From Candidatus Methylomirabilia bacterium (GTDB lineage Bacteria; Methylomirabilota; Methylomirabilia; Rokubacteriales; CSP1-6), in contig JBGPXN010000064.1 of the NCBI GenBank assembly GCA_041492755.1, forward strand, positions 1 to 24,449: a DNA stretch of 24,449 bases. The letters run 5' to 3'. Below the pieces are notes generated by a model. It was not told the origin of the DNA, did not search any database, and saw only the letters and a program-made list of their open reading frames with translations. How positions within the stretch are numbered: position 1 is the stretch's first letter; every line of letters starts with the position of its first letter. Shown here piece after piece: positions 8,918 to 18,625 of the stretch. A program made the position numbers and the translations under genes.

Positions 8918-9433
8918 CTAGGGGCCGACGCCCTCCCGGGGCCACGAGCCGGCCGGCGCCCGGCGGGCGCGGCCCACGAAGGAGCGCTCCCAACCCGCGA
9001 CGTTGTTGCAGGTTTGCGGGCGCGCGTGGCAGATGAACCCCTCGACGAAATGCACCTCGAAGCCGTCTGGCCGCTCGGGGTCGCCGCTGACCTCGAACGT
9101 TCCGGCGCTCAGGTGGGGTGGGGCCGGGGGCATGCCGACCTCGACCGCGGTGGGGAACGAGAAGGCGGAGGCCCCGACCGGCCCAATGAGGCCGGCCCCC
9201 TCGCCGTCAGGGCCCTGAAACTCCAGCCGGAACGCGCCCGGGCCGATCGGGATGAGCCGCGCACGGCCGGTCCCGGCCAGAGAGCCCGTGTCCGACACGA
9301 CGTCGGCGCCATCCCACCGAGACAGCCGCGCGAAGGACTCCCAGTCGAAGTGGTACACGGCCTCGGACGCGGCGCCGGCTGACGCGGCGGCGAGCAGGAG
9401 GCCCAGCAGAAACCGAGCGGTCACAATCCTCAC
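8918..9433 (-). CDS. Hypothetical secreted protein (start GTG 9433 or 9424)
   Basis: Signal-peptide-like RFLLGLLLAAASAGA, then a plausible globular domain with a Cys pair (CHARPQTC); host-like codon usage. Confidence 0.65.
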   Translation of the reverse strand: MRIVTARFLLGLLLAAASAGAASEAVYHFDWESFARLSRWDGADVVSDTGSLAGTGRARLIPIGPGAFRLEFQGPDGEGAGLIGPVGASAFSFPTAVEVGMPPAPPHLSAGTFEVSGDPERPDGFEVHFVEGFICHARPQTCNNVAGWERSFVGRARRAPAGSWPREGVGP

Positions 9434-9436
9434 GCG

Positions 9437-9452
9437 TGCAACGCCCGTACCG
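9437..9452 (-). promoter_or_regulatory. Possible sigma-54 (-24/-12) promoter for the secreted protein gene
   Basis: Minus strand reads CGGTACG-GGCG-TTGCA against consensus TGGCACG-N4-TTGCW, with correct GG/GC spacing. Confidence 0.35.
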
Positions 9453-9457
9453 GGCCA

Positions 9458-9489
9458 CGGCCACGGCGCGCGCTTTCGCGCCGCGGCCG
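9458..9489 (-). terminator. GC-rich hairpin after the DinB-like gene (no U-tract)
   Basis: 13-bp stem CGGCCGCGGCGCG/CGCGCCGTGGCCG with one G-U pair on the minus strand; 6-nt loop. Confidence 0.4.
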
Positions 9490-9502
9490 CGCGCCCGTCC
9501 CC

Positions 9503-9775
9503 TCAGACGCCGCGAGACGCCCTCCACGCCCGGATCTGCTCGCCGTGTTCCTGGTACTCGATCAGGAGGTCGGCCACGGCGTTGCCCTTGGCCTTGGTGG
9601 CGAAGCGGGCGTTCCAGCCGTCGACGTCCTCGTAGCTGACCCCGTCGGGGATCGGCCGCTCCCCGCGAGCCAGCCGCTCCAGCGCGGGGATCATCTCGCG
9701 GTGCCAGCCGTCCATGTGGGCCACGATTTCCTTGATGCTCCACGTGCCCAGCCAGACCTCGGACATCTGATCTTC
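9503..9775 (-). pseudogene. DinB/ClbS-DfsB four-helix-bundle family remnant (N-terminus lost, apparent internal deletion)
   Basis: EDQMSEVWLGTWSIKEIVAHMDGWHREM matches the DinB WS-x6-H motif. The C-terminal YQEHGEQIRAWR follows LLIE directly. The 5' side abuts the 21-bp repeat, and the remnant is only about 90 codons. Confidence 0.65.
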
Positions 9776-9796
9776 GGGTGCAGGCGCTTGTAGAAC
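9776..9796 (+). repeat. att-like core direct repeat, left copy (gggtgcaggcgcttgtagaac)
   Basis: Identical to 11621-11641, which encodes the GNAT C-terminal FYKRLH(P). Confidence 0.88.
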
Positions 9797-9933
9797 GAAA
9801 GGGCCGAGACGATGGAACCTCGCGAATTGTCGACGGTCGCGCCGCAACCTCGCACCGCTGTTGGTATTCGTCCAGCAGACATCTTGGGACAAGTGTCTCA
9901 CGCCAGACCAGCCGTCGCCCGCAGGGCGGCCCG

Positions 9934-9954
9934 GTTCAGCACATCGTCAGCACA
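9934..9954 (+). repeat. Putative integrase arm-type site, left (tandem TCAGCACA, 11-bp period)
   Basis: gttcagcacatcgtcagcaca is 20/21 identical to 11539-11559. Confidence 0.7.
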
Positions 9955-9982
9955 CCGGGACGCCCGGAGATTTCGCGCTGAA

Positions 9983-10252
9983 CTACTGCCGCTGATTGAC
10001 TCCGCCTCTTGTGGCGGTGTCGACGTGCACCGAAATAGCGGGCGGCCCCGGCGGCGGGCCATCGAGCAGGACTACGCCGAGGATGAGTCCAGCCACGGCG
10101 CCGGAGAGCATGACCAGCATCACGAGCGCCTTCAGCGCGCCTCGAACCACGCGACGCAACAACTGGAGGGACCGTCGCCTGCCGCGGCGGGGCAGGTCCG
10201 GTCGCTGGGGCTCGACCTCGACTTCCGGAGGGAAGAGCAGTGAATATTTCAT
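9983..10252 (-). CDS. Hypothetical single-pass membrane protein (89 aa) inside the element
   Basis: ATG at 10252; MKYSLLFPPEVEVE..., an Arg-rich stretch, then hydrophobic LVMLVMLSGAVAGLILGVVLL and a Pro-rich tail. Confidence 0.5.
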   Translation of the reverse strand: MKYSLLFPPEVEVEPQRPDLPRRGRRRSLQLLRRVVRGALKALVMLVMLSGAVAGLILGVVLLDGPPPGPPAISVHVDTATRGGVNQRQ

Positions 10253-10310
10253 GATGTTAGATCCTGATACGGATGGCCATGGCTGAGTCAAGAAACGGCT
10301 ACATTGAGAA

Positions 10311-10364
10311 CGCGGGGCTAGGGGTAGCTCCCGAAGAGCCGGTACCCTGACGGCCTGGCCCGCG
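10311..10364 (+). ncRNA. Candidate compact structured RNA (three-way junction)
   Basis: Closing stem cgcggg(g)ctagg/cctggcccgcg, hairpin ggg-tagct-ccc, linker gaaga, hairpin gccg-gtaccctga-cggc. A -10-like TACATT lies at 10300-10305. Confidence 0.5.
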
Positions 10365-10520
10365 ATCTCCTCCAGGGCGCTCCACGAGACGGTGGGCGGC
10401 ACTCGGAGGCTGACGTAGTGGGCAGAAGAGATTCGCGGCGCAAGATCGCGGACTGTTGGCGGCAGTGGCCATGCTGGCGGTGAGAACCAAGCACCTGACC
10501 GCCGCGGGCGCGAGGAGGAC

Positions 10521-10823
10521 GTGATGGCTGAAGATTGGGGCGCCATCGAATATCTCAAGGACCCGGAGAACATGCGCCGGCTCGAAGCGGCCGATGTCGT
10601 GTTTGGTGTCGATGTCGCTACGGCAGAGAAGGTCTTGTTCTATGGCCGCGAGTACTTCAAGCGGATCGTCGCTGAGGGCACAGCCGCGCCGGGCCTCATC
10701 GTGGAAATCCCGATCGTCTTCGAGAGTGACGAGTACGAAATGCTCGCCGGCGCCTGCGTGGCGCTCAAAGGCCGCCACGATCTTGACGAAGGTGAACCGG
10801 AGATGGGCGGGGAAGCCGGGTGA
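10521..10823 (+). CDS. Hypothetical acidic protein (about 100 aa) inside the element
   Basis: Strong GAGGAGG SD at 10512-10518 before GTG/ATG (10521/10524); protein-like composition; family not recognised. Confidence 0.65.
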   Translation: MMAEDWGAIEYLKDPENMRRLEAADVVFGVDVATAEKVLFYGREYFKRIVAEGTAAPGLIVEIPIVFESDEYEMLAGACVALKGRHDLDEGEPEMGGEAG

Positions 10824-10845
10824 GCCCCGCGGGCGGCGGGCGGAG

Positions 10846-11608
10846 GAGATTGCATCCGAGCGAACGAAGCGGAATCTCGCCAAGGCCAGTGTGAACCGGG
10901 ACCTCTCGATCCTCCGCCACAGGCTGCGCCTGGCCGCGGAGCGGGGCGAGCTCGCGGCCGTGCCGAAGATCCGGCTCGAGCGCGAGCAGCAGGGCCGGCT
11001 TCGCTTTCTCAGCGAGGAGGAGGCCACGCGGCTCTTCACGGAGTGCCGGCGCGCGGCCGCGCAGCCGGTAACGTCGTGCCGGAGCCCTCAGCTACCCGCG
11101 GTGGTGACGCTCGCGCTCAACACCGGCATGCGCCGTGGCGAGATCCTGGGGCTGACCTGGGACCGCGTCGACTTTTCCCGCGGCGTTCTCCTGCTCGAAA
11201 AGACGAAGAGCGGTCACCGGCGGGAGGTTCCGATGAACCGGGGCGTCTACGATGCGTTGTCGCCGCTGGCCCGATCGGAAGCCGGCCGCGCGTTCGACGG
11301 CGGCTTCCGCACGGCGTTCGAGAGCGCGGTCAGCCGGGCGAAGCTCGCCGATTTCAAGTTCCACCACCTCTGGCACACGTTCGCGTCGTGCCTGGTGATG
11401 CGCGGGCGGCCCGCTCAAGGAGGTCCAGGAGCTGCTCGGCCATCAGACGATCGCGATGACGATGCGGTATGCCCACCTGTCGCCGGATCGGCTCCGGGAC
11501 GCCGTAGCGGCGCTCGAGGACGTCACTGGAGCGCCCGCGTTCAGCACAACGTCAGCACATAGCATCGAGGAGAGGGCCGAGCAGCTCGTAACTGCTCGTC
11601 AGAATTGA
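10846..11608 (+). pseudogene. Phage-type tyrosine recombinase/integrase pseudogene
   Basis: ASVNRDLSILRH, RLRFLSEEE, LALNTGMRRGEILGLTW, KTKSG. The H-x-x-R box reads HHLWH. An extra C near 11410 shifts the frame, and the +1 frame continues PLKEVQELLGHQTIAMTMRYAHLSP to TGA 11606-11608. The N-terminus is absent, so the left boundary is approximate. Confidence 0.9.
11539..11559 (+). repeat. Putative integrase arm-type site, right (tandem TCAGCACA)
   Basis: gttcagcacaacgtcagcaca matches 9934-9954 and lies about 60 bp from the right core repeat. Confidence 0.7.
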
Positions 11609-11616
11609 CGGGGCGA

Positions 11617-12039
11617 TCAGGGGTGCAGGCGCTTGTAGAACAGCAACTCCCGGTAGCCCTGGGGCAGGTTGTCGATGTGGCCCGCCGGCGCGAAGCCGAG
11701 CGCCGTGTGCATCTGGATCGACACGCCGTTGGTCTCCTCGGTGGACGAGAACAGCCGTGGGCTCGGCGACATCTGCTCGACGCTCTTGTAGAGCGCGCGG
11801 GCGATGCCCCGCCGGCGCTTCTCCTTTTTCACCACGACCAGCGAGACGAAGGTGCACTGAAACCAGTCGGTGCGGTAGGCGATGAAGCCCACGACCTCAC
11901 CAGCGTCTTCCGCCACGATCAGGTGATGGCGCTCGACGTGGGAGCGCACGAACGGCCCGGCGCGCTCGGGCCCGATGACGTCCGCCGCCATCCCCATGAC
12001 GGCGCCGAGGTCGCCGCTCTCCGGCTGCCGAATCTCCAT
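11617..12039 (-). CDS. GNAT family N-acetyltransferase
   Basis: LIVAEDAGEVVGFI, motif A VVVKKEKRRRGIARAL, motif B N...HTALGF; 140 aa. Confidence 0.88.
   Translation of the reverse strand: MEIRQPESGDLGAVMGMAADVIGPERAGPFVRSHVERHHLIVAEDAGEVVGFIAYRTDWFQCTFVSLVVVKKEKRRRGIARALYKSVEQMSPSPRLFSSTEETNGVSIQMHTALGFAPAGHIDNLPQGYRELLFYKRLHP
11621..11641 (+). repeat. att-like core direct repeat, right copy (within the GNAT 3' end)
   Basis: Identical 21 bp to 9776-9796. Confidence 0.88.
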
Positions 12040-12093
12040 ACGAGGCCAGTCTACCCTGCGTGGGGAGGGCGCGCAGTTGGGGGCCCCGGAGCT

Positions 12094-12771
12094 CTAGTAG
12101 GTGCCCGGCCGGATCTGCTTGTAGAGGGCCTTGAGCTTCTCGGCCGAGAAGTCCGAGGACTGGCAGACGTTGATGATCTTGCGCTCGTCGGCTTCGACCT
12201 TCGCCACCGCTTCCGGCACGCGCGCCGCGACGTCGGGCGGGATCGTCACCACGCCGTGCTGGTCGGCGTGCACGAGGTCGCCCGGCTTGACCCAGAGACC
12301 GCCGAGCTTGACGGGCAGGCCGAAGTCCACCATGTGGACGTAGGCGTGAGAGACCGAGACGTGCGAGGCCGCGAACTGGAAGCCGAGCGCGCGGACCTCG
12401 TCGAGGTCGCGCACGGAGCCGTCGGTGATCGTGCCGACGCAGCCGAGCGCCTTGTGGATGTTGGCCTGGACCTCGCCCCACTGCGCGCCCTGGCCGCGCG
12501 GCTCGTCGAGGTCGTGCACCACGACCACCCGGGGGGCGGGAATGCTCAGCACGTAGTCCCACCAGCCGTAAGTGCTGGCGCGATGGCCCTCGAGGGGCGC
12601 GGGCTCCGCGCGAATGACGCAGGGGACGGCGTAGCCGACCATGGGGCCAAGCTCGGGGAACAGGCAGCGGATCTCCGAGGACATCTGGCCCTGGTTGCGC
12701 GGGCGCACGTTGAACGTCTCGATCGCGTTGGCGACGCTGGGGCTCGTAATCTTGCGCAGGGCGTCGATCAC
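12094..12771 (-). CDS. RraA-like / HMG aldolase family protein
   Basis: SPSVANAIE, MVGYAV, AQWGEV, GTITDGSVRDLDEV, VKPGDLVHADQHGVVTIP; AGGAGGT SD. Confidence 0.88.
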   Translation of the reverse strand: MIDALRKITSPSVANAIETFNVRPRNQGQMSSEIRCLFPELGPMVGYAVPCVIRAEPAPLEGHRASTYGWWDYVLSIPAPRVVVVHDLDEPRGQGAQWGEVQANIHKALGCVGTITDGSVRDLDEVRALGFQFAASHVSVSHAYVHMVDFGLPVKLGGLWVKPGDLVHADQHGVVTIPPDVAARVPEAVAKVEADERKIINVCQSSDFSAEKLKALYKQIRPGTY

Positions 12772-12835
12772 AGCTACCTCCTGACCTGGGGTTCGAGGGT
12801 ATTCAGCGAAGCTTCACCGTTTCTGACGCGTGCCA

Positions 12836-13500
12836 TCAGATCATGTCCTTGCGCTTCTGGAGGAGGAGCTTGCGCAATGTCTCGACCGTCTCCTCCACCG
12901 ATCCCATGTTCGGATTCACGGCGAGGGCGCGCTCGAAGTAGTCCAGCGCCTGGGCCGGCCGGTCGAGCTGCAGGTAGATCATCCCGTAGCCGCTCAACGC
13001 GCCGAAGTGGTATGGGTTCCGCTTCAGGACCTCGTCGCAGTCGGCGAGCGACTTCTCGTACTGGCCGAGCAGGTAGTAGACGGTGGCCCGCTTGTTCCAG
13101 CCCTCGGCGAAGTCCGGCCGGCGCTGGATGATGCGGGTGAAGGTCTCGACGGCGGTGTCGCCCTGGCGCCGCGTCATCTGTTCCAGGCCGATCGCGAACA
13201 GACGATCGACCTCCTCGTCGCCCGAGCGGCTCCAGAGTTGCCACATCGCGCGCTCGGCGAGCGCGCGCACCGTCGGATTGCCGTCGCGCAAGGCCTTGAC
13301 GAGCGCGGGGACGTCCTCCATCTGTCCCGCTTCGGCCAGCCACTCGACACCACCCCGTCGTACGGTCGCATCGGCCGATTGGAGCGCGGCGAGCGCCTGC
13401 TCGCGCGTGAGCTCCGCGGCCGTGCCGCCCACGACGACGAGCGCGAGCGCGCCGGCGACCAGGGCGCTGACGACGACACCGCCGAGCCCGACGCGCGGGC

Positions 13501-13504
<4 letters not shown>
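12836..13504 (-). CDS. Exported or membrane-anchored HEAT + tetratricopeptide repeat protein
   Basis: GTG at 13504 overlaps the upstream TGA. Hydrophobic N-terminus, HEAT-like VPALVKALRDGNPTVRALAE, TPRs PDFAEGWNKRATVYY and NPYHFGALSGYG. Confidence 0.85.
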
Positions 13505-15842
<2,338 letters not shown>

Positions 15843-17504
15843 TCATGGTACCTGGCGGCGCACGGGGGCGCGGACGCTCAGCCGGATGGCGACGAAGACG
15901 GGCAGGAGTCCCGCGCCGACGATGGCCAGCGCCGGAATCGCGGCCTGGCCCCACAGCGATTCGGACGCGGCCTCCCACACGGCGACGGCGAGCGTGTCGA
16001 AGCCGAAGGGCCGCAGCAGCAGCGTGGCCGGCATCTCCTTCATCGTCTCGACGAAGACCAGCACCAGCGCCGTGAGCACGCCGCCGCGCATCAGCGGCAG
16101 GTGCACGCGACCCAGCGTCCCGGTGATTCCCGCACCCAGCGAGCGGGCGGCATCGTCGAGGCTGGAGGGAATCTTGGCGAGGCTGGCCTCCACCGTGTGC
16201 ACGCCGACCGCGATGAAGCGCACCACGTAGGCGAAGAGCAGCGCGCCGACCGAGCCGGTGAGGACCAGGCCGAGACGCCGGCCCAGCATCGCATCCGCCA
16301 GCCGCAAGACGGCGTGATCGACGATGGCGACGGGGATCAGGATCCCGACGGCGATGACCGAGCCTGGCAGCGCGTACCCCATAACGGCCAGGCGCGTGGC
16401 GAGCCGCACGCCCGGCGACGGGTGCAATCGGACCGCGTAGGCCAGCACGAGGGCGGGGATGGCGACGCCGGCGGCCGCCAGTCCGGCCAGGGTCAGCGTG
16501 TTGACGAGGAGCCCAGCGAAGCGCAGGGCGAGGCTGCCCTCGGCCAACGCCCACACCAGGAGCTGGGCCACGGGCACGACGAACGCCGCCGCGATGACCG
16601 CCGTGCAGATCGCGGTGGCGATCGCGGCGCGCCAGCCGCGCAAGGTCCCCGCCGGGACGCCCGGTCCGCGCCGGTGCGTCTGCACGAAGCGCGCGCGCCC
16701 GCGGAGCCCACGCTCGAGCGTGAGCACGGCGAACGCGAAGAGCAGGAGCAGGCTGGCGAGCTGGGTGGCGGCGGCGCGATCGAACATGCCGAGCCACACG
16801 CGGTAGATCGCTTCCGTCAGTGTGCGGTACCCGAACGTGGCCACCGTGCCGAAGTCCGCGAGCGCTTCCATCATCGCGAGCGACACGCCGGCGACCAGCG
16901 ACGGCCGCGCCATCGGCAGGGTGACGGCGACGAACGCCCCGCGGCCGCTCAGGCCCAGGGCGCGCGCGGTCTCCAACGTTGCCGCCGTCTGCTCGCGGAA
17001 CGCGGCACGCGCGAGGAGATACACGTAGGGGTAGAAGACCAGCGTCATCACGAGGACGACGCCGCCATAGGAGCGCAGCTCGGGCAGGCGCGCGCCGGGA
17101 CCGGCCCAGTGCCGGAACGCGGTCTGGATCGGTCCGCTGAAGTCGAGCAGACCGAGGAACGCGAAGCCGATGACGTAGGCCGGAATGGCGAGGGGCAGGA
17201 TCAGCAGCCAATCGAAGACGGCGCGACCGGGGAAGCGCCACGCAACGACCAGGTAGGCCAGGCCCGTTCCGAGCACGAGCGTGCCCGCGCCCACGCCGAG
17301 CAGCAGGAGCACGGTGTTCAGGATCAGTCCCGGAAGCTGGGTCTGCCACAGGTGCGCCCACAGCTCGCCCCGCGGCGTGGCCAGCGAGGACAGGACGCCG
17401 GCGATGGGGACGAGGAGCGCGGCGGCGATGGCGCCCGCCGCGACGGTCCAGGCCGACAGGCCACGCGCCCAGCGGGCCGCGGCCAGGAGGCCGGTCATGG
17501 CCAC
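15843..17504 (-). CDS. fbpB: Fe(III) ABC transporter permease (FbpB/FutB, duplicated TMD)
   Basis: LPLAIPAYVIGF, YPYVYLLARAAF, two EAA-like loops (ETARALG, DAARSLG), DFGTV and ETMKEMPATLLLRPFGFDTLA; start GTG 17504 or ATG 17498. Confidence 0.9.
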   Translation of the reverse strand: MAMTGLLAAARWARGLSAWTVAAGAIAAALLVPIAGVLSSLATPRGELWAHLWQTQLPGLILNTVLLLLGVGAGTLVLGTGLAYLVVAWRFPGRAVFDWLLILPLAIPAYVIGFAFLGLLDFSGPIQTAFRHWAGPGARLPELRSYGGVVLVMTLVFYPYVYLLARAAFREQTAATLETARALGLSGRGAFVAVTLPMARPSLVAGVSLAMMEALADFGTVATFGYRTLTEAIYRVWLGMFDRAAATQLASLLLLFAFAVLTLERGLRGRARFVQTHRRGPGVPAGTLRGWRAAIATAICTAVIAAAFVVPVAQLLVWALAEGSLALRFAGLLVNTLTLAGLAAAGVAIPALVLAYAVRLHPSPGVRLATRLAVMGYALPGSVIAVGILIPVAIVDHAVLRLADAMLGRRLGLVLTGSVGALLFAYVVRFIAVGVHTVEASLAKIPSSLDDAARSLGAGITGTLGRVHLPLMRGGVLTALVLVFVETMKEMPATLLLRPFGFDTLAVAVWEAASESLWGQAAIPALAIVGAGLLPVFVAIRLSVRAPVRRQVP

Positions 17505-17516
17505 GCGTGCTCCGGG

Positions 17517-18542
17517 TTACTTGTAGCCGGCGCGATCGGCGAGACGAACCGCCGCGGCCTGGAACTCACCCGCGGACGCGACGTTGATGTCGTCCGCCTT
17601 GAAGCGGCCCCACTGGGTCACGAGCTTGCTGGCGCCCGCCATGGGATTGGCGGGGAACTCGTGGGCCTGATCCGCGAACGTCTGCTGCGCTTCGGGGCTC
17701 GCGAGATATTCGAGCAGCTTCACCGCATTGGCGCGATTCTTCGCGTGCCCGGTCACGCCCGCCCCGGAGATGTTCACGTGGGTACCCGTCGTGGCCTGGT
17801 TGGCCCAGAAGGGCGCCACCGGGAAGTTGGCATCCTTGGCCACGATGCGCGCCAGGTAGTAGTGGTTGGTGAGGCCCACGTCACACTGGCCGGCGGCGAT
17901 CGCCTCGAGGATCTTGGTGTCGCTGTTGATCAGGATCGGCTGGTTGGCGACCCAGGTACGCACGATCTCTTCGGTGCGCGCCTCGCCGTGTCGCTTGATC
18001 ATCGTGGCCAGCAGCGACTGGTTGTAGATGTAGCCGGACGTGCGCAGGCACAGCCGGCCCTTCCATTTTGGATCGCCCAGCGCTTCGTACGTGGACAGCT
18101 CCGCCGGCTTGACCTTCTTCGTGTTGTACATGATGGTGCGCGCCCGGACGGTGAGGCCGACCCAGCGGTGCTCGGGGTCGCGCAGGTTGGCCGGGATGCT
18201 GGCGTCGAGCTCGGGCGAGTCGGTCCGGGCCAACAGGCCCGCGCGGGCGGCGTTCCAGAGGTTGCCGGCGTCCACGGTGAGGAGGACGTCGGCCGGGGTG
18301 CGATCGCCTTCCGCCTTCAGCCGCTCGAAGAGCTCGCCGGTCTGGCCAGTCAGCGTCTTGACCTCGATGCCGGTCTTGCGGGTGAAGGCCTGAAACGTGG
18401 CTTCTTCCCCGTAGTGCCGGGCCGAGTAGACGACGACTTCCAGGCGCTGGGCCGGGGTGATGGACGGCACGAGCAGTCCGACGACGAGCAGCCCGGCCAG
18501 GAACGCAAAACCAATGACGCGGGTGCGGGTCCGAGTGAGCAT
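17517..18542 (-). CDS. fbpA: Fe(III) ABC transporter substrate-binding protein (FutA/FbpA)
   Basis: ATG at 18542 with AAGGAAG SD; signal peptide; YSARHY, ADVLLTVDAGNL, YIYNQSL, NHYY tyrosine pair, HVNISGAG. Confidence 0.9.
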   Translation of the reverse strand: MLTRTRTRVIGFAFLAGLLVVGLLVPSITPAQRLEVVVYSARHYGEEATFQAFTRKTGIEVKTLTGQTGELFERLKAEGDRTPADVLLTVDAGNLWNAARAGLLARTDSPELDASIPANLRDPEHRWVGLTVRARTIMYNTKKVKPAELSTYEALGDPKWKGRLCLRTSGYIYNQSLLATMIKRHGEARTEEIVRTWVANQPILINSDTKILEAIAAGQCDVGLTNHYYLARIVAKDANFPVAPFWANQATTGTHVNISGAGVTGHAKNRANAVKLLEYLASPEAQQTFADQAHEFPANPMAGASKLVTQWGRFKADDINVASAGEFQAAAVRLADRAGYK

Positions 18543-18550
18543 GGTGAAGC

Positions 18551-18602
18551 TTCCTTTCGTCAGGCCGGGGACGCTATACTGAAGGGGGTCGGCCCAAAGC
18601 AA
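18551..18602. promoter_or_regulatory. Overlapping divergent sigma70-like promoters
   Basis: Plus strand: TTCCTT-18-TATACT (18551-18580) toward the repressor. Minus strand: TTGCTT-18-TATAGC toward fbpA. Confidence 0.4.
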
Positions 18603-18610
18603 TGAGCTAG

Positions 18611-18624
18611 TTAGGTACACCTAA
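18611..18624. promoter_or_regulatory. DtxR/MntR-family operator palindrome TTAGGT-AC-ACCTAA
   Basis: Perfect 6-bp dyad resembling the TTAGG...CCTAA core of DtxR/IdeR boxes; 1 nt before the repressor ATG, between the divergent genes. Confidence 0.75.
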
Positions 18625-18625
18625 T

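Larger units (their letters stand above)
9776..11641. mobile_element. Decayed tyrosine-integrase integrative element inserted at the 3' end of the GNAT gene
   Basis: Perfect 21-bp direct repeats at both ends, arm-type repeats near both ends, an integrase pseudogene ending 12 bp from the right repeat, and lower GC with orphan ORFs inside. Confidence 0.8.

Noticed and set aside
10594..11562. Intact 322-aa integrase as given by the ORF track
   Set aside because: Its N-terminus overlaps the 10521 gene out of frame, its C-terminus is frameshifted, and the catalytic Arg is lost.
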